A stretch of DNA of 64,000 bases from Clostridia bacterium (GTDB taxonomy: Bacteria > Bacillota > Clostridia > Christensenellales > QALW01): NCBI GenBank assembly GCA_900769815.1, contig CAAGID010000030.1, positions 2,993 through 66,992 on the forward strand, in the 5' to 3' direction. A program made the translations under genes and the position numbers. Below the pieces are notes generated by a model that saw nothing but the letters and a program-made list of their open reading frames with translations, was not told the DNA's origin and ran no database searches. This document shows positions 18,176 through 24,593 of this stretch, piece by piece (the stretch's first letter is position 1; each line of letters begins with the position of its first letter).

Positions 18176-18342
18176 TGATATATCGCTATCGCGATATGAT
18201 ATACGGCGTTGCCGTATGATATATTTGCGATGCAAATATGATATAATATCCGTCCCTTCATACGCGAAGCGTATATCATCTGCAAAGCAGATATCATACC
18301 CGCAGGGTATATCATCCGTTCCGATAGAAACGGATATCATTG
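18173..18342. repeat. branched palindrome: 7 mini-hairpins flanked by 4 ATGATAT and 4 ATATCAT punctuation motifs
   Basis: Perfect stems at 18180-18197, 18201-18217, 18221-18239, 18260-18274, 18278-18292, 18296-18310 and 18314-18335. The linkers are GAT in the left half and ATC in the right half. See findings. Confidence 0.8.
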
Positions 18343-18381
18343 AAAAAAGTTACTTTTGTCAGTAACAAAAGTAACTTTTTT
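18343..18381. terminator. intrinsic terminator of the tRNA operon (bidirectional geometry)
   Basis: AAAAAAGTTACTTTTGT-cagta-ACAAAAGTAACTTTTTT, a 17-bp perfect stem, starting 3 nt after the tRNA-Val CCA end. Confidence 0.85.
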
Positions 18382-18383
18382 CT

Positions 18384-18459
18384 TGGTGGGAACAATAGGG
18401 CTCGAACCTATGACCCTCTGCTTGTAAGGCAGATGCTCTCCCAGCTGAGCTATGCTCCC
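18384..18459 (-). tRNA. tRNA-Val (anticodon UAC)
   Basis: Minus strand: GGGAGCATAGCTCAGCTGGGAGAGCATCTGCCTTACAAGCAGAGGGTCATAGGTTCGAGCCCTATTGTTCCCACCA. Anticodon loop CTTACAA. Confidence 0.93.
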
Positions 18460-18464
18460 GATAT

Positions 18465-18540
18465 TGGTGATCCATCCGGGATTTGAACCCGGGACACCCT
18501 GATTAAAAGTCAGGTGCTCTGCCGACTGAGCTAATGAATC
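18465..18540 (-). tRNA. tRNA-Lys (anticodon UUU)
   Basis: Minus strand: GATTCATTAGCTCAGTCGGCAGAGCACCTGACTTTTAATCAGGGTGTCCCGGGTTCAAATCCCGGATGGATCACCA. Anticodon loop CTTTTAA. Confidence 0.93.
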
Positions 18541-18557
18541 ATATTTTTTTGATTTTA

Positions 18558-18632
18558 TGGCTGGGGTGGCTGGGCTCGAACCAGCGAATGACGGAATCAA
18601 AATCCGTTGCCTTACCGCTTGGCTACACCCCA
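18558..18632 (-). tRNA. tRNA-Gln (anticodon UUG)
   Basis: Minus strand: TGGGGTGTAGCCAAGCGGTAAGGCAACGGATTTTGATTCCGTCATTCGCTGGTTCGAGCCCAGCCACCCCAGCCA. Anticodon loop TTTTGAT. Confidence 0.93.
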
Positions 18633-18642
18633 ACATAAAAAA

Positions 18643-18720
18643 TGGGGTGAGTAGAGGGAGTCGAACCCTCGACCTCCAGAGCCACAATCTGGCGCGCTAA
18701 CCAACTGCGCTATACCCACC
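18643..18720 (-). tRNA. tRNA-His (anticodon GUG) with encoded G-1
   Basis: Minus strand: GGTGGGTATAGCGCAGTTGGTTAGCGCGCCAGATTGTGGCTCTGGAGGTCGAGGGTTCGACTCCCTCTACTCACCCCA. Anticodon loop TTGTGGC. The extra 5' G pairs with C73. Confidence 0.93.
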
Positions 18721-18738
18721 ATTTTTAAAAGGTGTTTT

Positions 18739-18815
18739 TGGTGCGCCAGAAGGGAGTCGAACCCCCGACACACGGCTTAGAAGGCCGTTGCTCTATCCAA
18801 CTGAGCTACTGGCGC
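18739..18815 (-). tRNA. tRNA-Arg (anticodon UCU)
   Basis: Minus strand: GCGCCAGTAGCTCAGTTGGATAGAGCAACGGCCTTCTAAGCCGTGTGTCGGGGGTTCGACTCCCTTCTGGCGCACCA. Anticodon loop CTTCTAA. Confidence 0.9.
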
Positions 18816-18840
18816 ATAAACACCACGCCTTGAATAAGGC

Positions 18841-18914
18841 TGGAGCGGGTGATGGGAATCGAACCCACGCAATCAGCTTGGAAGGCTGAGATTCTACCAT
18901 TGAACTACACCCGC
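18841..18914 (-). tRNA. tRNA-Gly (anticodon UCC)
   Basis: Minus strand: GCGGGTGTAGTTCAATGGTAGAATCTCAGCCTTCCAAGCTGATTGCGTGGGTTCGATTCCCATCACCCGCTCCA. Anticodon loop CTTCCAA. Confidence 0.93.
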
Positions 18915-18945
18915 AAATCGGTCTTCTTTATCAAAGGCACGTGTT

Positions 18946-18974
18946 ATTATATTATTAAAGCTGTTTTTTGTCAA
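18946..18974 (-). promoter_or_regulatory. consensus sigma-A promoter of the six-tRNA operon
   Basis: Minus strand: TTGACA (18969-18974), 17-nt spacer, TATAAT (18946-18951), about 30 nt upstream of tRNA-Gly. Confidence 0.65.
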
Positions 18975-18993
18975 CGACTTTTTTGTGAACAAA

Positions 18994-19809
18994 TTAAATT
19001 TTTGCTCTTTTTTCCAAAGTTTTTTCAAGATTTCTGTAAAGTATGCCTTTTATAAGTCTTTCTGAATAGTTTCTTTTATAAAATTCATCTATAAGATCGT
19101 TAAAAATTCTGACGTCTTGATATTTAGATGCAAAGGTTGAACATCCGTCAAGGTCGCTGCCGATACCTAATATTTCTTCCCCGCCCATATCTAAAACGTA
19201 TTCTATATGCTCAAAAAACTTATTTATATTGTTTCCGCCTACAAAGCCTAAATACAAAGTTAAGCCGAAAAAACTTTTCCTTTGGATAAGTTTTTTTATT
19301 TGCTCCCTTTTTAAGTTTCTTGGGTGAGGGCAGATATCAAATACATTGCCATGAGAAAACATAATGTTTTTAAAGCTATGTATGCAGGAATCAAACATTT
19401 GTTCCCCTGAATGAGCAAGGTCAATAAAAACGCCTTTTTCATCAAGCTCATTAAGAAAACACTGTCCAAAAACGGTAAGTGGCATATCTTCATAGGCACT
19501 TCCGCCAAACTCGTTTTTCGTATTCCACATAGGCCCTACGTAGACGGGGCTTGTTTTGATTATATCATCAAGGTCCCAAAGGCTTTTAACCCAACTCAGA
19601 CCCTCGAAGGCTATGTATGCTTCATCTACGGGTTTGTTAAGGGAATATACTTCTATTTCCCTTTTAACGAGCTCTTTATCTGCCTGACTTCCTTCAAACA
19701 CTGCAAAAATACTTTTTTTATGTTTTGTCTCCTTTATATTTTTTAGCTGGCTTTCCTCGCCTATTGCTTTAATCCACAAATAATCGCAATGTGCATCAAA
19801 TATATACAT
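18994..19809 (-). CDS. M19-family (renal-type) dipeptidase-like protein
   Basis: 271 aa. MYIFDAHCDYLW..., DLAHSGEQ and GIGSDLDGC resemble membrane-dipeptidase metal-ligand motifs. RBS is AGGGTG. Confidence 0.65.
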   Translation of the reverse strand: MYIFDAHCDYLWIKAIGEESQLKNIKETKHKKSIFAVFEGSQADKELVKREIEVYSLNKPVDEAYIAFEGLSWVKSLWDLDDIIKTSPVYVGPMWNTKNEFGGSAYEDMPLTVFGQCFLNELDEKGVFIDLAHSGEQMFDSCIHSFKNIMFSHGNVFDICPHPRNLKREQIKKLIQRKSFFGLTLYLGFVGGNNINKFFEHIEYVLDMGGEEILGIGSDLDGCSTFASKYQDVRIFNDLIDEFYKRNYSERLIKGILYRNLEKTLEKRAKI

Positions 19810-19852
19810 TTATTTCACCCTGTATAATATATGTCAAAATCTTTTACGGCGT

Positions 19853-19879
19853 TAAAAAAACTCCCTCGACAGAGGGAGT
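19853..19879 (-). terminator. intrinsic terminator of the DUF5050-DUF5050-DUF1934 operon
   Basis: Minus strand: ACTCCCTC-tgtc-GAGGGAGT (8-bp perfect stem) followed by TTTTTTT. Confidence 0.8.
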
Positions 19880-19888
19880 ATATAAAGA

Positions 19889-20019
19889 ATGCACAACGTA
19901 CATACCTCAACATTTTTTGCAAGGCGAAAATATATCGCTTTTGCACAGCAAAAATATCGCACGACGAAGGCGTATATCACACATTCACAAAGGAATGTAT
20001 ATCGTTACACCGAAGGTGT
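19889..20019. repeat. tandem array of six variable mini-hairpins, the last four ATATC(G/A)(C/T)-punctuated
   Basis: Plus strand: ATGCAC-aac-GTACAT; TTTTGC-aag-GC(g)GAAAA t ATATCGC; TTTTGC-aca-GCAAAA ATATCGC; ACGAC-gaa-GGCGT ATATCAC; ACATTC-acaaag-GAATGT ATATCGT; ACACC-gaa-GGTGT. Confidence 0.75.
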
Positions 20020-20055
20020 TTTAACACGCAATTTCAAGGATTTTTTGTGCTCTTC

Positions 20056-20466
20056 TTATATATATTCCAGTTTAATATCCATCCCCATCTTCCCCACGTT
20101 TGCGCCGGCAAGAAAGAGCTGATAATCAACTGTGGCGGTTACACCTTTTTCATCCTTTGAAATATCAAGATTAGTGGTAAAAATCTTCATATCAAGGGAA
20201 AAACCGCCCGTAGCATAATATCTTGTTTCATAAGTAGTAGTTTGTTTAAAGAACATATTACCGCCTGCATCCCCCTCACGTTCAACCATAATGATATCCT
20301 CGCCGATAGTAAGTTCAGTATTTACATTATCTTCTTCAGAAAGACTTTCTTCATAATTAACCTTTAAACCGTTTTCCGTTTCAAAGCATTCGGTACGTGT
20401 TGTAAATGTCATCTCTTCTTCAATTTCAGGTTGTTTTGTTACTATTGTTAAAAGTGCTTTTTTCAT
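20056..20466 (-). CDS. DUF1934 (YwiB-like beta-barrel) protein
   Basis: 136 aa. The length and pattern (…NYEES…VEREGDAGGNMFFKQ…YATGGFSLDMKIFT…VDYQL) fit DUF1934. The start overlaps the upstream stop (TAATG). Confidence 0.65.
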   Translation of the reverse strand: MKKALLTIVTKQPEIEEEMTFTTRTECFETENGLKVNYEESLSEEDNVNTELTIGEDIIMVEREGDAGGNMFFKQTTTYETRYYATGGFSLDMKIFTTNLDISKDEKGVTATVDYQLFLAGANVGKMGMDIKLEYI

Positions 20467-21584
20467 TATTGCTCCTTAATTACCGTTAACTGTCCGCTTC
20501 CATCTGCGGGAACGTAATACATTTTACCGCTTTGGGCACTGTCGAATATAAAGAGAAGATTATCAACGATATCCATTGTATCAGCCCTGTATATTGACTC
20601 CATTTTTCCTAACACGGTTTTTTCGGTGCCCTCAAAAGTCATTCTGTATATATCTCCCGTTCCCTCTTCAACAAAGAAGATATAATCGTCATTTGCACAT
20701 AATGCTGCCGCATTTTTCGGATGAATTTTTTTTCTTGCAAGATTGCCGCCTTCCTCAACGGGTCTGCCTGCAACATTATCAATGGGCTGAGTGTAAATAC
20801 CTTGATTATTTTCATCACTTTCTACGCAAATGATTACACGATGGGTCATATTTATGAGGGTGGTCTGATAGTACGTTTCGCTTATCTGTGTTTTTTCCAT
20901 TGTATTGGTGTTTACCTTAAAGGGAATACGTGTTGAAACAAAAAAAACCTCAGAATCACTTGCCCAAAGCAATAATCCCGCTTCGTCACATAATGTTTCA
21001 GTGTTACCCGTGCTTATTTCAATGCGTTTTGTACCTGCAACAGTTTCGGAAAAATAATAAATATAACTGTCACTTAATCTTATTCCGTCAACATTACCTG
21101 TATCAAAGGTTTGTTTTTTCAATGTCTCATAATCAAAATAATGTATTTTATCATCTGTACCTACCGCAAGACCTTTTTCGCCGTATACTATAAAGTCTCC
21201 TGAATTAAAGGTTAGCAGTTTTTTGTTTTTTGTAGCATCGATACCGATACAATAAAGAGCAACCTGGGTTTGTGTAGGCGTTACGTAGAATATTTTATCT
21301 TCATACACGTACATATTCTGTGCTTTTTTCTTTGTAACGGGCTGAAGCTGACTTCCATCAACCTTCATACGGTATATTTTGGCAACCGGCGTATTTGAAA
21401 GGGCATTATCTACCGTTTCAGGCATTGCACCATTTATAAAATATATCCAATCCCCTTGCTTAACCGCAATACCGCCGTTTGACACGATTTCTCCGTCAAG
21501 CTGAGCATTTTCAAGTTTCTTTGCACAGCCGCATATACTGAAAAGCATAAGCACTATGCACAATACTGATATTAGTTTTTTCAT
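20466..21584 (-). CDS. DUF5050-type beta-propeller lipoprotein
   Basis: 372 aa. Signal peptide plus Cys (LMLFSICGC). SNGGIAVKQGDWIYFING and recurring IY(R/Y)...DGS blades are seen. Confidence 0.7.
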   Translation of the reverse strand: MKKLISVLCIVLMLFSICGCAKKLENAQLDGEIVSNGGIAVKQGDWIYFINGAMPETVDNALSNTPVAKIYRMKVDGSQLQPVTKKKAQNMYVYEDKIFYVTPTQTQVALYCIGIDATKNKKLLTFNSGDFIVYGEKGLAVGTDDKIHYFDYETLKKQTFDTGNVDGIRLSDSYIYYFSETVAGTKRIEISTGNTETLCDEAGLLLWASDSEVFFVSTRIPFKVNTNTMEKTQISETYYQTTLINMTHRVIICVESDENNQGIYTQPIDNVAGRPVEEGGNLARKKIHPKNAAALCANDDYIFFVEEGTGDIYRMTFEGTEKTVLGKMESIYRADTMDIVDNLLFIFDSAQSGKMYYVPADGSGQLTVIKEQ

Positions 21585-21597
21585 AAATATTCTCCTT

Positions 21598-22761
21598 TTA
21601 TTCCCCTACAAAAGAAATATCATCAAATTCAATACACTCCGTTTTTTGCGTGTCCATATTCAATCTGTAAATGCGGTCATAATCGCTGTCAGATACAAAA
21701 TACAGATAATTATCGACGATATCAAGAGTATCAAAATCATATACAAATTCTTCACTGACCAGCTGGTCAACCGTTCCGTCAAGTGAACAGCGATAAAGCT
21801 GATTTAAAACCGTGGCGTTTATATAGTAAATATAGCCGTTATAATACGCCATACATTTTCCGCTGTTTTGGGAAATCTTCGTTTTTTTACCATCAGTTGT
21901 GCTTATAACATACAAGCCGTCAAAGGTTTCGTTATCACGTTCAATAGTGGAGGAAAAGCCGTAAAAACCTGCCTCCTCCTTAAATATATAATCAGTATAT
22001 CCACCGTATATAATAGGCTCAGAAGTGCCTTGTTTAGCGTTATACTTATACACCACACCGTTATTTAACACGTAATGATAGGCAGTTTCTTTATTGACTG
22101 CAAGAACGTATGCCGCAGATGCGGTTATTTCTATAAAAGAAGCTTCACCGTCAGCTATCTTATAAAGATTTCCGATATTATCATCGTTTTCACGGGTAAA
22201 ATAGATATAATCTTCCCCCACACGGACGTTATAAACGGGAAAATCAGTAAGCTGAATCTGATTTTTACCATTTAAGTCCATTCTAAAAAGCCTGAAGTTA
22301 TCAGTATAATAAATATACTCTCCGGAAAAACCGTAACAGCCACCGTAATATATATCGTCAATAATTTTCAGTTGTTTATAGTTTGTACCGTCAATATCAA
22401 GAGATGCTACAATGCTTTGATTATTTTCATAAACACACACGTATATTTTTTCATTAAGGATATTAAAAAGAGATACGTCTTTATTAAGGACAACTGCTTT
22501 TTCCGTGCCGTCCTCCTTCATTCTGATAAGAGCACCTGCATATTCGGAAAAACGCTCGCCCTCGTGTCTTGTAAAATTATCGCCGTTAATATAGTATATC
22601 CATTGCCCCTGCTTTACGGCTAACCCGCCGTCGGAAACAGTTTCACAGTGAGGTTCTGCTCCCTTTAAGGGTTCGCTAAGCCCCGAATACCCTTTTTTAC
22701 ATCCTGTAAAAAGCATAAAGCACAAGGCTGCGGCACAAAATTTTAATAGGAATTTTGTCAT
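21598..22761 (-). CDS. DUF5050-type beta-propeller lipoprotein (tandem paralogue)
   Basis: 387 aa. Signal peptide plus Cys (FMLFTGC). SDGGLAVKQGQWIYYINGDN parallels the neighbour, with repeated YY..D...L(Y/F)R..LDG blades. Confidence 0.7.
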   Translation of the reverse strand: MTKFLLKFCAAALCFMLFTGCKKGYSGLSEPLKGAEPHCETVSDGGLAVKQGQWIYYINGDNFTRHEGERFSEYAGALIRMKEDGTEKAVVLNKDVSLFNILNEKIYVCVYENNQSIVASLDIDGTNYKQLKIIDDIYYGGCYGFSGEYIYYTDNFRLFRMDLNGKNQIQLTDFPVYNVRVGEDYIYFTRENDDNIGNLYKIADGEASFIEITASAAYVLAVNKETAYHYVLNNGVVYKYNAKQGTSEPIIYGGYTDYIFKEEAGFYGFSSTIERDNETFDGLYVISTTDGKKTKISQNSGKCMAYYNGYIYYINATVLNQLYRCSLDGTVDQLVSEEFVYDFDTLDIVDNYLYFVSDSDYDRIYRLNMDTQKTECIEFDDISFVGE

Positions 22762-22809
22762 ATTTTCTTTTATAAGTCATATATTTTTACTACAAAGGAG
22801 TGAAAATAT

Positions 22810-22971
22810 ATGCGCAAATTCAATTTTAACAGTTTTAAAAAGCAGGAAACTCCTGCAAAGCAGACGCCCCAGAAGCCCCGCTACAGTGCATACCGCACCA
22901 TTATATCAAGGCACGATGCCATTAAAGCGAAGCTTCAGGATGAGCCTATTGCTAATATAAAAAGCCCCTGA
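22810..22971 (+). CDS. small basic hypothetical protein (53 aa)
   Basis: Not in the track (under 60 aa). AAAGGAGTG lies 7 nt before the ATG. MRKFNFNSFKKQETPAKQTPQKPRYSAYRTIISRHDAIKAKLQDEPIANIKSP. An intrinsic terminator follows immediately. Confidence 0.55.
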   Translation: MRKFNFNSFKKQETPAKQTPQKPRYSAYRTIISRHDAIKAKLQDEPIANIKSP

Positions 22972-22999
22972 CAGTCGGTAAAAACACCGACTGTTTTTT
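22972..22999 (+). terminator. intrinsic terminator of the small basic gene
   Basis: CAGTCGGT-aaaaac-ACCGACTG followed by TTTTTT. The T tract overlaps the stop of the convergent gene. Confidence 0.75.
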
Positions 23000-24593
23000 A
23001 TTTTGTGGGCATTCTTCCTTCAAGAAGCAGGTTAAGTGCTTCCTTTACTTTATCAAGTGACGTTTTTCTTACTGTGAACACTGCATTTTGGCTTTGATTA
23101 CTTTCAAATACGGCAAAGGTATCATTTATAAGATAGTAAGTACCTGTATAAGTGATTTCCCTCATTTCGTACTGTTTGGTATCATTATTAAGCACGGGAA
23201 TTACAACCTCAAGCTCATATTGCCATACAGCATCCTTCTTTTCAGTATCAGCAGGTGTTACACCCTCAATTTGAAGGAAAAGGAAGGTTCTATAGAAATA
23301 CTTAAACTGTGTTTCATCAAGCTTTTTACCGTTTATATAATAGGTATTTGAAGTGTTTTCACTTCCGTCATCGTTATAGATAATTTCGCCTTCATCGTTA
23401 TATTTAAACTGACGATCAATTTTAATTTCATAAACCTCATCGTCTACCACGATTTTTCCGCTTCTGAGCCAGTTAATATTAAGTGAAAGCAGATAAGGAT
23501 TTGCAAGTGTTACCGGATTTGCATATACCGTCTTAAGCACATCCTTTTTAACAAGATATACAGGAGAGGTTTCAATTTTGTCATCCTTACCTAAAAGCAC
23601 GCAGTAATAACTGTCAGTATCCTCTTCACAAGTCTTGCCGACGAGGAAATGGTCAAGCAATTCAAATTTCTCCGAATAGCTTTGTAATTCAAATTCAGGC
23701 TTATCAAAGCCGAATTTTGTTATATCCTCGCCAACTGCCTCACAGTAATATGAACTTAAAGTAAGTCCGCTTATCTGACTAAAATAATTATCAACGGCTT
23801 CTGATTTAGTTTCTGAATCAGTGGGAAGCACAAGGAACCAAGCCTCTGTGCCGTAAATGGGATTTGGAAGATATGAAAGTACTGTATTGTTTCGCTCTTT
23901 ATCAAAAATGGATAATGTCTGTGCGCTTGTTGCAGTCCTTGAAAGTGAAGGAAGGTTCAATAAATCGGAGAGCTTATAAGTAAAGAACACACGTATGTAA
24001 TTGCTTACAATATAAATCTTATCTTTGCCTTCAACGGTAACATAAGCACCTTCGCTGTTGCCATAGCTGTTGCCTATTTTAAGTTTGTTTATATTGCCGT
24101 CAGAATAAGTAATCGTGACTTCTGCACAAGGGTTATCAAGACCGTACTCATTAAGATTTGCATTTTCTGACTCAAGAACGTATTTACTTTCAAGGTATTC
24201 TGCGCTTTGGGCAATATTCCTTACCAGTAACTGGTTAACGTCATCGTATTTTTGTCCTTCAATATTCCAATTTTGAACCGTACCGTTCATAAAAGGCGTA
24301 AGCACAATATTATCGCCTACAAGATGGTTTTGTATTTCTATTTTAGAAACCTGTGAAGCTTCATAATCATATATCACTTCAATCGTCTGCGTATTTTCAG
24401 TTCCTGACTGAGGCTCTTTGCCCAAAAGATTTTTAAAAACAATTATACCAATGATTGCAAGAACAATAAGAGCGGCAACTATAATTATTGGAGCTTTTCT
24501 GCCTACGTGGTGTATTTTTGTGTTCTTTTTTTCAACAGAAAGAATGTCTTCTTCCTTTTCTTCTGTTTCAATTCCTAATTTTTCTTCATTCAT
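22998..24593 (-). CDS. DUF4340 domain protein (accessory to the GldG-type ABC system)
   Basis: ORF 22998-24677. I prefer the ATG at 24593 (MNEEKLGIE...), which overlaps the upstream stop (TAATG) after AGGAGG. One N-terminal TM helix and a large extracytoplasmic part. The family call is from recollection of gene context. Confidence 0.6.
   Translation of the reverse strand: MNEEKLGIETEEKEEDILSVEKKNTKIHHVGRKAPIIIVAALIVLAIIGIIVFKNLLGKEPQSGTENTQTIEVIYDYEASQVSKIEIQNHLVGDNIVLTPFMNGTVQNWNIEGQKYDDVNQLLVRNIAQSAEYLESKYVLESENANLNEYGLDNPCAEVTITYSDGNINKLKIGNSYGNSEGAYVTVEGKDKIYIVSNYIRVFFTYKLSDLLNLPSLSRTATSAQTLSIFDKERNNTVLSYLPNPIYGTEAWFLVLPTDSETKSEAVDNYFSQISGLTLSSYYCEAVGEDITKFGFDKPEFELQSYSEKFELLDHFLVGKTCEEDTDSYYCVLLGKDDKIETSPVYLVKKDVLKTVYANPVTLANPYLLSLNINWLRSGKIVVDDEVYEIKIDRQFKYNDEGEIIYNDDGSENTSNTYYINGKKLDETQFKYFYRTFLFLQIEGVTPADTEKKDAVWQYELEVVIPVLNNDTKQYEMREITYTGTYYLINDTFAVFESNQSQNAVFTVRKTSLDKVKEALNLLLEGRMPTK

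Noticed and set aside
18125-18340. N-terminal 72 codons of track ORF 17771-18340 (MISVSIGTDDIPCGYDICFADDIRFAYEGTDIISYLHRKY...)
   Set aside because: This stretch is the translation of the hairpin/ATGATAT array; the recurring D-I pairs come from GATAT. It contains the promoter for the real gene and has no RBS. The four-helix-bundle homology starts at the ATG at 18124, which has a good RBS.
18337-19055. Track ORFs 18337-18687 (minus) and 18849-19055 (plus)
   Set aside because: They run through six well-formed tRNA genes and their terminator and promoter. They are open frames by chance in GC-rich tRNA sequence.
18173-20019. CRISPR interpretation of the two hairpin arrays
   Set aside because: The conserved element is only 7-9 nt and the variable parts are 11-22-nt self-complementary palindromes. 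CRISPR arrays have 24-47-nt repeats with non-palindromic spacers. No cas genes are in the window, and one array changes orientation midway.
19791-20160. Three overlapping plus-strand ORFs (19791-20024, 19831-20160, 19889-20122)
   Set aside because: All three frames are open only because the repeat units lack stop triplets. There are no RBSs, and they lie antisense to an operon's 3' UTR and terminator and overlap the DUF1934 gene end.
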